The notes beneath the pieces were generated by a model. That model ran no database searches. It saw only the letters and a list, made by a program, of their open reading frames with translations, and was not told where the DNA came from. From the NCBI GenBank assembly GCA_044450385.1, contig JBIOIZ010000005.1:1382-65381 (forward strand): a stretch of DNA of 64,000 nt. Direction: 5' to 3'. The position numbers and the translations under genes are program-made. The DNA comes from Candidatus Dormibacteria bacterium. GTDB lineage: Bacteria; Chloroflexota; Dormibacteria; Aeolococcales; Aeolococcaceae. Of this stretch, positions 7,384-17,349 are shown piece after piece (within the stretch, counting starts at the first letter, position 1; each line of letters begins with the position of its first letter).

Positions 7384-10014
7384 ATGGCCAGGGAGGTCGA
7401 CGGCCCCGCCTCGTCAGTCGATTCGGGGTCAGCAACTTCGTCCAGGCGGGGACACCGCGTCCACCTCCTGACTGTTCTGCTCGTGGCCACCGCCGTGGTG
7501 CTGCTGATCAAGGTGGTCGCCCACCTGCACGAGATCCCGGCGCCGCGCCAGATCCCCTGGTGGGTGCTCATTCCGCTGTTCTGCGCGGCGGAGGTCTTCG
7601 TCGTTCACATCCAGTTCCGCAGGGATGCCCACTCCTTCTCGCTCAGTGAGCTGCCACTGGTCGCGGGCTTCTTCTTCGCTCCGCCGGTGGTCGTGGTGCT
7701 CTCGATGGTTGCCGGGACCGCACTCGCATTGTCGGTCCACCGTCGCCAGTCGCCGCTGAAGCTGGCCTTCAACCTCGCCAATTTCACCGTCGCCAACAGC
7801 GTCGTCGCCATGCTGTTCATGCATCTCGTCGACCACCACGATCCACTGGGCGCCCTCAGCTTTCTCGGCGTTCTGGCGGCGATCCTCACCGGAGGCATCC
7901 TGCAGTCACTGGTGATCCTTGCCGCCATCTCATTCTCTGAAGGACGCGTCGATCTCAGGGGGATCCTCTCGACCTTCGGCTTCGCGCAGGCGGCCACGAT
8001 CGTCAACACCTGTCTGGCCCTGATCGGCGTCCGCATCGTCTGGGAGAACCCCGCGGAGATCTGGTTGCTCGCAATCCCGACTGCAGGAGTCTTCATCGCC
8101 TATCGGTTCTATGTGGCCGAGCGCGAGAAGCGCGACCAGGTCGACTTCCTCTACCAGTCGAGCAAGCAACTGCAGCGGAGTGAAGCCGTGGATGACTCGG
8201 TGGCCGCGCTGTTGAGCAAGTCGTGTCAGGTCTTCCGTGCCGAGCGCGCGGAGATCACGTTCCTCCCGACGCGCGAGCGCGACGCAGTTGTGCGCACCAC
8301 CGTCGACAAGGAGCGGACCACCGAGTTCATGAGTGCCGTCACTCTCGATGACGTGGAACTCCAGTTCATGAGCAGACTCCTCCTCGACTCGCCGCTGCTG
8401 CTCAGTGCGCACGGCAAGACCGACGGCGATCCCGGCGGTTTCCTGGAGCGGCGTGGACTGCGCGACGCGATGGCGGTCGTGCTTCGCGGCGAGAACAACA
8501 TGGTGGGGACGATGATGATCGCCAACCGTCTGGGCGAGGTCACCGGTTTCGACCATGAGGACCTGCGCCTGCTCGAGATGCTCGCCAACCAGACCGGGGT
8601 CATCCTCGAGCGCGGACGGCTGCAGCACTCGCTGTCACAGCTCACCGTCCTCCAGGAGCAGTTGCAGCACGAGGCGTCGCACGATCCGCTCACCGGCATG
8701 GCCAATCGACTCCTCTTCGGGTCCCGCGTTGAGCAGGCGCTGGCGCAGACGGGGCAGCACGTCGGCGTGCTCTTCATCGACATCGACGACTTCAAGACCG
8801 TTAACGACAGCCTCGGTCATGCTGCCGGTGACGAGTTGCTTCGCGCAATTGCCGACCGTATCGGTCAGTGCCTGCGTCCCGGCGACATCGCCGCTCGGTT
8901 GGGTGGTGACGAGTTCGCCGTGCTGCTCATCGGCATCGACGAGCCGGCGACAGCCGTGCGCATCGCCGAGCGAGTCATCGATGCGCTCCACGTGCCATTC
9001 AGCATCGCGTCCGAGGAGGTGCTGACACACGCGAGCATCGGCATCGCGACTGCAGTCGATACTGTCTGTGACGGGCAGGAGTTGCTCCAGAACGCCGACC
9101 TCGCGTTGTACACGGCAAAGAGTTCGGGGAAGTCGCGCTGGGAGCTCTTCGAGCCCTCGATGTATGCCGCGGTGCAGCGCCGCCACCGCCTCAAGGCGGA
9201 CCTGTACCACGCGGTGGAATCCGTCGAATTCGAGCTGGTGTACCAGCCCATCGTGCGAGTGGCGACATGCAGCATCGTCGCGGCGGAGGCCCTGCTCCGC
9301 TGGCGCCATCCCACGCGCGGGCTGGTGCTCCCGGACGACTTCATCAGCCTCGTCGAGGAGACGGGATTGATCACACAGCTGGGAACGTGGATCCTGCGAA
9401 GTGCGTGCGAGGAGGCGCAGGCCTGGCCCGAGGTCGATGGTGCCGAGCCCGTCGCCGTGAGTGTCAACGTGGCCGTCCGCCAGCTCCGCGAGCCGGATTT
9501 CGTCGACAGCGTTCGGACTGTCCTGCAGGACACGGGCCTCGAGGCCCATCGTCTGATACTCGAGGTGACCGAGGCGGACATCATCTATGACACCGAGCCG
9601 ATCATCGGCTGCCTCAACGCCTTGCGCGAGCTCGGCGTGCGCATCGCGCTCGACGATTTCGGAACCGGCCACTCGTCGTTGAGCCGCCTGCGTGACTTCC
9701 CGGTCGATGTGCTCAAGATCGACAGGTCGTTCACCGCCTCGCTGTGTGGGCCCACGCAGTCGATCGGCTTCGCCCACTCGGTGTTCAACTTCGGTGTCGG
9801 TCTTGGTCTGAGTGTGATCGCCGAAGGTGTCGAGACCGAGGAGTGCCTTCGCGAATTGAATGACCTCGGTTGCGAGCTGGCACAGGGCTTCCTCTTCGGT
9901 CAGCCACTGTCGCCGCTGGCGATGAGCAGGCTGCTGGAACACAACATCGCGGTACCCACCGCTCCGATGGCGTTTGCCGCTGTGCTTGCCGGCGCCACGC
10001 GTATGGCTGGATGA
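7384..10014 (+). CDS. membrane-anchored diguanylate cyclase/phosphodiesterase (N-terminal multi-TM sensor, GAF-like, GGDEF, EAL)
   Basis: RLGGDEFAVLL (GGDEF); EALLRW, DDFGTGHSSL, LKIDRSF, AEGVETEEC (EAL). The N-terminal 250 aa are hydrophobic. Start is ATG 7384 or upstream 7294. Confidence 0.9.
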   Translation: MAREVDGPASSVDSGSATSSRRGHRVHLLTVLLVATAVVLLIKVVAHLHEIPAPRQIPWWVLIPLFCAAEVFVVHIQFRRDAHSFSLSELPLVAGFFFAPPVVVVLSMVAGTALALSVHRRQSPLKLAFNLANFTVANSVVAMLFMHLVDHHDPLGALSFLGVLAAILTGGILQSLVILAAISFSEGRVDLRGILSTFGFAQAATIVNTCLALIGVRIVWENPAEIWLLAIPTAGVFIAYRFYVAEREKRDQVDFLYQSSKQLQRSEAVDDSVAALLSKSCQVFRAERAEITFLPTRERDAVVRTTVDKERTTEFMSAVTLDDVELQFMSRLLLDSPLLLSAHGKTDGDPGGFLERRGLRDAMAVVLRGENNMVGTMMIANRLGEVTGFDHEDLRLLEMLANQTGVILERGRLQHSLSQLTVLQEQLQHEASHDPLTGMANRLLFGSRVEQALAQTGQHVGVLFIDIDDFKTVNDSLGHAAGDELLRAIADRIGQCLRPGDIAARLGGDEFAVLLIGIDEPATAVRIAERVIDALHVPFSIASEEVLTHASIGIATAVDTVCDGQELLQNADLALYTAKSSGKSRWELFEPSMYAAVQRRHRLKADLYHAVESVEFELVYQPIVRVATCSIVAAEALLRWRHPTRGLVLPDDFISLVEETGLITQLGTWILRSACEEAQAWPEVDGAEPVAVSVNVAVRQLREPDFVDSVRTVLQDTGLEAHRLILEVTEADIIYDTEPIIGCLNALRELGVRIALDDFGTGHSSLSRLRDFPVDVLKIDRSFTASLCGPTQSIGFAHSVFNFGVGLGLSVIAEGVETEECLRELNDLGCELAQGFLFGQPLSPLAMSRLLEHNIAVPTAPMAFAAVLAGATRMAG

Positions 10015-10363
10015 GCCTGTTCCGTCGTTCGATCCAGGCCGGCATCTCCGGAACACTGTCGCCGCGCGCACGGGCCGCCGCTTCCGCCAGGACATCTCGT
10101 CGCTCACCGCGCCTGCCATAGGAGATGTTCCAGACGACCACGCCCGCGGTGAAGATGAGTGGGAGCACATTGGAGGTCGTCTTCGCGACGTCGGACGAAG
10201 CCACCGCGATGACGACGATTTGCAGCGCGGTCTCTCATGACCACGGTCCATGATCAGGCGAACCTGGGAGATTGCCAACTCCGGATGTCACCAGTTGCCC
10301 GTGTCAGTTGTCATGCGGCAGACGACCAAATGACTGAAGAACTTCGACCGGCGAACGTGGGGG

Positions 10364-12703
10364 TCAACCCGAGGTCGTGGCGGCAAGCAGCTTCCTGTCA
10401 TTGTTCAGCAATGCCGCAAGCCGCTCCGGTTCCACCGGACGGCTGAAGTAGAAACCCTGATAGAGCGGGCAATGCATGGCCGTGAGCGCGCGGAGCTGTT
10501 CGACGGTCTCGACGCCCTCGGCCACCACCGTCGTCCCGATGCTGGCCCCGAGGTTGATGAGAACACCCGCGAGGGAAGGCTTGGCCGCGTCGAGGGTCAG
10601 CTCGCTGATGAAGGAACGATCGACCTTGAGCATGTCGATCGGAAAGTCGTGCAGGTGCGCGAGCGCTGAATAGCCGGTGCCGAAGTCGTCAAGCGCCACT
10701 CGGCAGCCGAGGCGTTTCACCGCTCGAAGCCGCACGCCCGCGGCGCGATTCGATTCGACAAGGCTTGTTTCAGTGAGTTCCAGCACGAGCCGGTTTCCGT
10801 CGAGGCCCGACTTCTCGAGGGCACGCCGCACGATATGGGGGAAATCGGTTCGCGACAGCTGGCGGGCGCTGACGTTGACATGGATGTCGAGAGCGATCCC
10901 CAGCGTCTTTGACCATGCCTGCACCTGCGCGCAGGCAGTGCGCAGTACCCATTCGCCAACCTGGACGATCAGTCCGGTTGACTCGAGGTCTTCCACGAAC
11001 CGATCCGGTGTCAGAAGTCCGTAGCGTGGATGCTGCCAGCGAAGCAGCGCCTCGGCAGCGACGATCCGCTGTGTGACCGTCTCGACAACCGGTTGGTAGA
11101 CCAGCACGAACTGCTCATCGCGCACAGCTCGCTCCAGGTCACTCGTCCATGTGACCGCTGTCTCATCCGTCGATTCAAGGCGATGCTCCCACGCGACAGC
11201 CACGCCTTTATGGGCGGCTTTCGCGGCATACATGGCGACGTCGGCGCGGCGCACGAGCTCTTCGCCGGTGAAAAGTACGCCGTGGTTCGACGTGGCTATC
11301 CCTATGGACGCAGACACGTCGACCTGGTTGCCGTTGAACTCGGCCAGGGGTGTCGCCATCTCGTTGAGGATTCGGGTGGCGACGTCGGTGGCCTGACTCT
11401 CGTCGGAGACCCCGGTGAGGAGGATGGCGAATTCGTCACCGCCCAGCCGGGCGGCCAGATCGCCCTTGCGCACCGATGCCGCGAGAACACCCGCGACAGC
11501 GCGAAGCACGGCGTCACCGCCGGCGTGCCCATATTCGTCATTGATCATCTTGAGGTCGTCGACGTCGATGAACAGCAGGGCGGACTCGCCTGGCGTGGTC
11601 GACTCGAGTGTCGCGTCCAGCGTCCGCATCAGGCAACCACGGTTGGCAAGGCCTGTGAGCGCGTCGTGGTCGGCTTGATGGCGCAGCTCGTCTTCGCGGG
11701 TTGCCAGGTTCTGGACAAGCTCCATGTTGTCCGAGAGGGCCAGAAACTGCCGGAGCAGGACGGCCGCGACGATCACCGTGACGCAGCTGAGCAGGAAGGG
11801 GTCGAGCCGGCGCTCGTACTCGGCGACCAGGGCGAGCATCAGCGCCGCGAGGATCGGGACATAGGGGAGCACCAACGCGAATCTGCTGCGAGGCGGTGGC
11901 GACGCCATGGTTCGTATGGGCATGATTGCCGCACGCATGCCGGCGAGGCCGATGAGGAAGTACCCGGCCCAGTAGCCGGCGTCGATGACATTGGTCCCGC
12001 TGTACGTCGTCGCGGCGGAGAGGTAGGCGAATCCGCTGTCGGAGAATGCTGTGACCGCCACGCCGGCAATGAGGAGGACCACCGGCAGACGCCCTCCGGA
12101 TGGAACCTTCATCGCCAGCATCACCAGCATGCTCAGCAGGAGGACGTCGCCGGCCGGGTACGCGAGGCTCAATGCGAGGCTGAATCCGGACGTGCCGCCG
12201 GCACTCCAGACCGCGCCGAGCACCGTCACCCAGCTCACCGCCAGCAGGCTCACCGCGATGAGCACACCGTCGACGATTGCCCTGAGGCGGCTGCGTATCG
12301 AATCGGACGAGGGACGGAGCATCAGGATGCCGGCCGCGGCAATCGGCACGCCGCCGAGGTAGAAGGCGTCAGCCAGGGACGGGAACGGGACCGCCTCGCG
12401 TGTGATCACGGCCAGCCATGTCCAGATCGCTTCGCCGGCGGTCCAGCTCAGGGCACCCAGACTGAGCAGCCACCAAGCCCAGCGGAGGTGTCCGCGATGG
12501 CGCAGTGCGGCCGCCGCGCAGCCTGCCGATGCTGCCAGAGCTGCGAACAGGTTCCCAAGGTCGTCGACGTCGGTAGCGAGGGTGTCCCCGGGCCGGGTGC
12601 GGAGCATCAGCACCAGGAATGCGCAGGTCACGACAGCGCAGGCGGCGGCAGCCGGGATGAACCAGCGCGCGAGGAACGGTCGAACGGGGCGATCCTTCGC
12701 CAT
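10364..12703 (-). CDS. membrane-anchored diguanylate cyclase/phosphodiesterase (multi-TM N-domain, GGDEF, EAL)
   Basis: RLGGDEFAILL; EALLRWQHP, DDFGTGYS, KVDRSF, AEGVETVEQ. The N-terminal 300 aa are polytopic. Convergent with the previous gene. Confidence 0.9.
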   Translation of the reverse strand: MAKDRPVRPFLARWFIPAAAACAVVTCAFLVLMLRTRPGDTLATDVDDLGNLFAALAASAGCAAAALRHRGHLRWAWWLLSLGALSWTAGEAIWTWLAVITREAVPFPSLADAFYLGGVPIAAAGILMLRPSSDSIRSRLRAIVDGVLIAVSLLAVSWVTVLGAVWSAGGTSGFSLALSLAYPAGDVLLLSMLVMLAMKVPSGGRLPVVLLIAGVAVTAFSDSGFAYLSAATTYSGTNVIDAGYWAGYFLIGLAGMRAAIMPIRTMASPPPRSRFALVLPYVPILAALMLALVAEYERRLDPFLLSCVTVIVAAVLLRQFLALSDNMELVQNLATREDELRHQADHDALTGLANRGCLMRTLDATLESTTPGESALLFIDVDDLKMINDEYGHAGGDAVLRAVAGVLAASVRKGDLAARLGGDEFAILLTGVSDESQATDVATRILNEMATPLAEFNGNQVDVSASIGIATSNHGVLFTGEELVRRADVAMYAAKAAHKGVAVAWEHRLESTDETAVTWTSDLERAVRDEQFVLVYQPVVETVTQRIVAAEALLRWQHPRYGLLTPDRFVEDLESTGLIVQVGEWVLRTACAQVQAWSKTLGIALDIHVNVSARQLSRTDFPHIVRRALEKSGLDGNRLVLELTETSLVESNRAAGVRLRAVKRLGCRVALDDFGTGYSALAHLHDFPIDMLKVDRSFISELTLDAAKPSLAGVLINLGASIGTTVVAEGVETVEQLRALTAMHCPLYQGFYFSRPVEPERLAALLNNDRKLLAATTSG

Positions 12704-12774
12704 GGATCAAGTCTGTGCCTGGCCTTTCGCGGCGACCGTGATCGACGGGTCACGGTCCAACAACGTGCCGGCGC

Positions 12775-14895
12775 TCAGGTTGTGGTCAACGGTCGGGGGA
12801 CCACCAGCGCGTCGGCAGCGATGCACCCGTGCGGTCCCGCAATCAGGGGGTTGATGTCGACCGCTTCCAGAACGTCACCGAGCTCCAGCGCCAGCTGCGA
12901 CAGCGCGGAGATCGCCCCCGCCACCTCGCGGCGATCGACCGGTGGTCTCCCTCGCACCCCGTCGAGCACGCGGCTCACCCGAACGCTGTCGAGCGCCGCG
13001 AGAGCACGGTCGACGCTGAGGGGTGGCATGACAACCGCGCGGTCGTCGAACGCCTCCACGAGCACCCCGCCGGCGGCCACCACCACCAACGGTCCAAATT
13101 GTTCGTCGACAACGATGCCGAGGTGAAACTCGATGGCGCCGGGAGTGTGCGCCACCATCGCGGCAACGGTCATGCGAGCACCGAGCCGGGATTCGATATC
13201 GGCGTAGGCATGACGCAACGCCGATTCATCGACGAGACCGAGCCGCACCCCATCGCGTTCGGTCTTGTGCGCGACGCCTGGTGCAGCCGTCTTCAGGACC
13301 ACCGGCCAGCCGATCTTCACAGCGGCGTCCAGCGCGCGGTCAAGCCCGTCAACCTCGAGGCAGCGAACCGCGGGAATCCCGTACGCGGTCAGCAGATCCA
13401 TTGCGCCCGCTTCAGCGAGGGGGCCGGCGGTGATCCGTGCCCGCCACTGTTCCGCACGGTGCGCGTCGATGCGAGGCTCGGGTAAATCGACGAGCCCACG
13501 AATCTTGAAATCGCGGCGCGACAGCAGATGGCCGATTGCTCGAACTCCCGTTTCGGTGCCCTCGAGAACAGGGATTCCTGCATCACGCAGAGCGCGTGCC
13601 TTGTCCGGGTCGATCGCCGATCGAAGGTTGCACAGCAGGGCGAACGGCTTGGTCGTCACCGCTGCGGTCGACAGTGCGATAGCCGGGTACACGTCCTCAC
13701 GTTCGTCCGCAACAAGATCGACGGCGAAGGCGACGGCCGCCGTGTCCGGATCATCGTGCAACGCCTGAAGGCAGCTCGTGAAGACGTCGTGCGCAGTCCC
13801 CGAGGTGTCCCACGCGTCCAGCGGGTTCACCGGGGGAAGTCCCGGCCCAAGGACCTGAGCCAGGTGTTCCTTGGTGCTGTCCCCGATCACAGCCAGCGGC
13901 ACCCCACACGCTGCCGCGACGTCGATCAGGTGGGTGCGCTCGCCACCCGAGTCGTGCAACGATGCCAGGCCGCCGGCGGTTGCAGCGCGGCCCGCGCAGA
14001 GCAGCTCGACCGTGTCGGCGAGCTCGTCGAGACCGCGGACGCGCAGCACGCCCGTACGTTCGAACAGCGCCTCGTATGCGGCATCCTCGCCGGCGATCGC
14101 GCCGGAGTGCGCGGTCACCATCCTTCGGGCAAGCTCCCCCTGCCCGACCTTGAGCGCGACAACCGGAACATCCCGGGCGGCGGCCACTTCGAGAGCCCGC
14201 CTGAAGCGTTCCGGCGCACGGATCGTCTCCATGAAGACCGCGATGACCCGGGTGCTCGCGAGCGCCAGCGAGTACTCGAGATATTCGGCCATGGTCGTCA
14301 CCAACTCGTCGCCGCCCGAGACGGCAAGATTGAAACGGATGCCGCGGCGGTTGCGGAGCAGCGCAGAGAACGATGATCCCGACTGCGTCAGGAAGGTGAC
14401 CCGACCAGGCAGCAAGTTGGCATCCTGGCTATATCCGGTCGCGCGCAGGCGATGCTCCATGTTGATGAATCCCATGCCGTTGCCACCGCAGACGGCCATG
14501 CCGTACTCGCGAGCGATCGCCTGCAGTCGCTCAGGAAGCGGCAGCCCCGGTGCTCCCTCGATGGCATGGCCGCTCGCGCAGATCACCGCAGATCGCGCAC
14601 CGGCTTCTCCGGCCGTACGCAGTGTCTCCTCCAGGATCGCGTCGCCCACACCCAGGATCGCGAGGTCGACCGGCTCGGGCAGCTCCCCGATCGACGCCGC
14701 GCAGGCGACACCGTCGATCTCCGAGTACCGGGGGTTCACCGGATACACGGTCCCGTCGAAGCCGCCGACTCGCAGCTGGCGCAGCAGTTCTGCGCCGAAT
14801 GAACCCGGCTGCGCGCTCGCGCCGACGACGGCGACGGTGCGCGCCTCGAGCATCGCCTGCAGCGCCGGCGCAACAGCGCTGTGCTCGGCGGTCAC
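12775..14895 (-). CDS. acetate/acyl--CoA ligase, ADP-forming (CoA-binding + succinyl-CoA-synthetase-like + ATP-grasp domains)
   Basis: N-terminus RTVAVVGASAQPGSFGAELLRQL...VYPVNPRY is the CoA-binding Rossmann motif. The C-terminal ATP-grasp region shows KTERDGVRLGL. 706 aa. The 4-nt overlap with the upstream gene indicates coupling. Confidence 0.75.
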   Translation of the reverse strand: MTAEHSAVAPALQAMLEARTVAVVGASAQPGSFGAELLRQLRVGGFDGTVYPVNPRYSEIDGVACAASIGELPEPVDLAILGVGDAILEETLRTAGEAGARSAVICASGHAIEGAPGLPLPERLQAIAREYGMAVCGGNGMGFINMEHRLRATGYSQDANLLPGRVTFLTQSGSSFSALLRNRRGIRFNLAVSGGDELVTTMAEYLEYSLALASTRVIAVFMETIRAPERFRRALEVAAARDVPVVALKVGQGELARRMVTAHSGAIAGEDAAYEALFERTGVLRVRGLDELADTVELLCAGRAATAGGLASLHDSGGERTHLIDVAAACGVPLAVIGDSTKEHLAQVLGPGLPPVNPLDAWDTSGTAHDVFTSCLQALHDDPDTAAVAFAVDLVADEREDVYPAIALSTAAVTTKPFALLCNLRSAIDPDKARALRDAGIPVLEGTETGVRAIGHLLSRRDFKIRGLVDLPEPRIDAHRAEQWRARITAGPLAEAGAMDLLTAYGIPAVRCLEVDGLDRALDAAVKIGWPVVLKTAAPGVAHKTERDGVRLGLVDESALRHAYADIESRLGARMTVAAMVAHTPGAIEFHLGIVVDEQFGPLVVVAAGGVLVEAFDDRAVVMPPLSVDRALAALDSVRVSRVLDGVRGRPPVDRREVAGAISALSQLALELGDVLEAVDINPLIAGPHGCIAADALVVPRPLTTT

Positions 14896-16520
14896 TTCGT
14901 ACGGCGCGACCAGCGAGCCCTGTTGCGGTCATGCAGCACGGCTCGCGCGGCCTGACGGCCGGGGATACCGCAGACACCACCGCCGCCGTGAGTTGCGGAA
15001 CTTGCCTGGTACAAGCCGCGAATCGGCGTTCGGTAGTCCGCGTAGCCGGGTGCCGGGCGCATGTGGAAGAGCTGTTCCGCCGACAGCTCACCGTGGAAGA
15101 TGTTGCCCCCGATGAGACCGTATTCCTGCTCCATCTGATACGGCCCTATGACATCGCGGTGCAGGATGGCTCCCTTGAGGTTGGGGGCAAATTCCGCGTA
15201 GCAATCGATCATCCGATCGGCATACGCCTCGAGGTCCTCGATGTGTGGGTCGTCGGCCCACTCGTGCGGAACCCATTGCGTGAACAGCGACATGATGTGC
15301 GTGCCCTCGGGACACAGCGTGCGGTCGAATGTCGTGGGGATGACGCTGTCCGAGAAAGGCCGAGTCGCCGGTCGACCCTGCCGCGCTTCCTGAAACGCTT
15401 CCTCGATCCACTCCACCGACGGCGCCATCTCCACCGAGCCCGTATGGTGCTCCTGCAGGTTGCTCCCCGGGTCGGCGGTGAAGTTCGGCAGCTCCGCGAG
15501 CGCCAGGTTGATCTTCACGACACCGCTGCGCGAGCGCCAACGCTTGATGTCGGCAACGAACTCCGGCGGCAGGTCCCGGCTGTCGATGTGCTTGAGGAAC
15601 GTGGTCTGCGGGTGCGTTGCGCTGACAACGATCGGTGCGAGCACTTCCTCGCCGCCGGCCAGCACCGCGCCGGTGACCGTTCCAGCTTTGACCAGCAGGT
15701 GCTCGACGCGGGCGTCGGTGCGCACGGTTGCGCCCGATTCGGCGGCGCTGGCGCGTATCTGGTCGGACACGGCGCCCATGCCACCTTCCGGGTATCCCCA
15801 GCTGCCGAGCTTGCCATCGCCCACGTCGCCGATCGAGTGATGCGCCATGACGTATGCGGTCCCAGGTTCGCACGGCCCGGCCCATGTTCCGATGACACCA
15901 TTGATGGCCATCGCAGCCTTGACCTGCGGTGACTCGAACCAGTCATCGAGCAGGTCCGCGATGCTCATGGTCATCAGGCGCGTCACGTCGGCAACGGTGC
16001 GCACCGAGAGGCCGCGGTTGCGCCATGCGAGCCGCAGCAGCTGACGCACATCGCGCGGGCGACGCGAGCCGATGTTCGGTGGCACCTCCATCAGCATCGG
16101 GCCGAGCACATCGGCGAGTCCTTCCATCCACGCGTCCCATTTCGGCATCGCCGCAGCATCAGCCTGGGAGAACTTGGCGAGCTCGTCGTGGTTCCGGCGC
16201 GCATCGTCCGCGAAGATCTTGATGGAGCGACCGTCGGGAAATGCCTGGTAATACGGACCCATCGGATACACCTTGTACCCGTGACGCACCAGGTCGAGGT
16301 CCTCGATGATCGACGAGGGCATCAGGCTGGCGACGTACGAGAGGCGCGTCACCTTGAACTCGGGCGCATCCGGCCATGGGCTCTCGGTCGTCGCGGCGCC
16401 CCCGGTCTTGTAACGCGCTTCGAGCACCAGCGTCTTGAGACCACTCTTGGCCAGGTACGCGGCTGCGACTAAGCCGTTATGGCCGCCACCGACGACAAGG
16501 GCATCGAACTGTTCAGGCAT
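14892..16520 (-). CDS. NAD(P)/FAD-dependent oxidoreductase, phytoene-desaturase (CrtI)/amine-oxidase-like family
   Basis: FAD dinucleotide motif DALVVGGGHNGLVAAAYLAKSGLKTLVLEAR at the N-terminus. 542 aa. Confidence 0.7.
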   Translation of the reverse strand: MPEQFDALVVGGGHNGLVAAAYLAKSGLKTLVLEARYKTGGAATTESPWPDAPEFKVTRLSYVASLMPSSIIEDLDLVRHGYKVYPMGPYYQAFPDGRSIKIFADDARRNHDELAKFSQADAAAMPKWDAWMEGLADVLGPMLMEVPPNIGSRRPRDVRQLLRLAWRNRGLSVRTVADVTRLMTMSIADLLDDWFESPQVKAAMAINGVIGTWAGPCEPGTAYVMAHHSIGDVGDGKLGSWGYPEGGMGAVSDQIRASAAESGATVRTDARVEHLLVKAGTVTGAVLAGGEEVLAPIVVSATHPQTTFLKHIDSRDLPPEFVADIKRWRSRSGVVKINLALAELPNFTADPGSNLQEHHTGSVEMAPSVEWIEEAFQEARQGRPATRPFSDSVIPTTFDRTLCPEGTHIMSLFTQWVPHEWADDPHIEDLEAYADRMIDCYAEFAPNLKGAILHRDVIGPYQMEQEYGLIGGNIFHGELSAEQLFHMRPAPGYADYRTPIRGLYQASSATHGGGGVCGIPGRQAARAVLHDRNRARWSRRTK

Positions 16521-16532
16521 CGTCGGCCCCTA

Positions 16533-16550
16533 TTGACTGAGCATTCAGTA
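16533..16550. promoter_or_regulatory. candidate operator TTGACTGAGCATTCAGTA (inverted core ACTGA-N4-TCAGT) in divergent promoter region between oxidoreductase and TetR genes
   Basis: It matches site 22142..22159 at 16 of 18 bp. It lies in a 93-bp intergenic region flanked by divergent genes. Confidence 0.5.
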
Positions 16551-16613
16551 GATGTGCCAGTGTAGAATGCAGCCACGAGCTTCCGCAAGCCAAGCGGCGA
16601 GGCCGCCACTCTC

Positions 16614-17300
16614 GTGGAGGATGCAGTGACCAGGGCGTCGCAGGGAGCGATCGACCGCCGGGAGGAGATCCTCCGCTCTGCTGTGCAAGTCATCGGCAGG
16701 CGCGGCCACGCCGATACGCGTCTCTCGCATGTGGCCGAGCGCGCCGGTGTCAGCCAGGCGTTGGTCGTCTACTACTTCGGCACTCGCGAGAGCCTGCTCG
16801 CGCAGGCCCTCGCATACTCGGACGCTCGCTTCTATGATCGCGCCGCCACCGAGATGGCGAAAACGTCAACGGCAACCCGAAAGCTCATTCGTCTGCTCGA
16901 GATGAGCTGCATGACCGGGAATCCCGACGACCCTGACCAGCCCTCGTGGGTGCTCTGGCTTGACCTCTGGGCAGTCGCGGCGCGGAATCCCGAGGTCGCG
17001 GAACACCGGCGCAAGCTCGATCGCCACTGGCGCGAGACCATCGGCACAGTCGTCAGCCAGGGTGTCGCATCGGGCGAGTTTCAGGCGGTGAACGTCGACG
17101 ACTTCACACTCCGGCTGGCCGCCATGGTCGATGGCCTCGCGGTGCAGGTTGCGCTCGAGGACTCCGAGGTCAACGCCGATCGGATGCTGCAGCTCTGCCT
17201 CGGGTATGCGGCCTCAGCGCTTGGTTTCGCCCTGCCCCGCCGGCGCGCAGTCCGAGCCCCGCGCGCAGTGGCAGAGCCGCGAAGGGTCGCGGTCGCGTGA
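16614..17300 (+). CDS. TetR/AcrR family transcriptional regulator
   Basis: N-terminal HTH REEILRSAVQVIGRRGHADTRLSHVAERAGVSQALVVYYFGTRESLL. GTG start at 16614. Confidence 0.8.
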   Translation: MEDAVTRASQGAIDRREEILRSAVQVIGRRGHADTRLSHVAERAGVSQALVVYYFGTRESLLAQALAYSDARFYDRAATEMAKTSTATRKLIRLLEMSCMTGNPDDPDQPSWVLWLDLWAVAARNPEVAEHRRKLDRHWRETIGTVVSQGVASGEFQAVNVDDFTLRLAAMVDGLAVQVALEDSEVNADRMLQLCLGYAASALGFALPRRRAVRAPRAVAEPRRVAVA

Positions 17301-17349
17301 TGGTGTGACCGATCTCGTCCGCACCCTCCCTGCGCCGGCATACACCAGC

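Noticed and set aside
7013-7649. ORFs 7013..7345(-) and 7026..7649(+) overlapping the subtilase tail
   Set aside because: They are generated by the 15-nt tandem repeat (low-complexity R/T/V-rich translations). They are not genes.
9785-10204. 139-aa minus-strand ORF with a hydrophobic N-terminal segment in the 10015-10363 intergenic region
   Set aside because: Only about 60 codons lie outside the convergent gene. The remainder is antisense to the EAL domain. No RBS. Could be a tiny membrane peptide, but unsupported.
8635-10278. 547-aa minus-strand ORF
   Set aside because: Entirely antisense to the GGDEF-EAL gene 7384..10014. No domain signatures. GC-driven open frame.
11030-13126. 698-aa plus-strand ORF
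   Set aside because: Antisense to GGDEF-EAL gene 10364..12703 and to the CoA ligase. Low-complexity Arg/Gly-rich translation.
13871-15932. ORFs 13871..15115(+) and 14550..15932(+)
   Set aside because: Antisense to the ADP-forming CoA ligase and CrtI-like oxidoreductase genes. Pro/Arg/Ser-rich artefacts.
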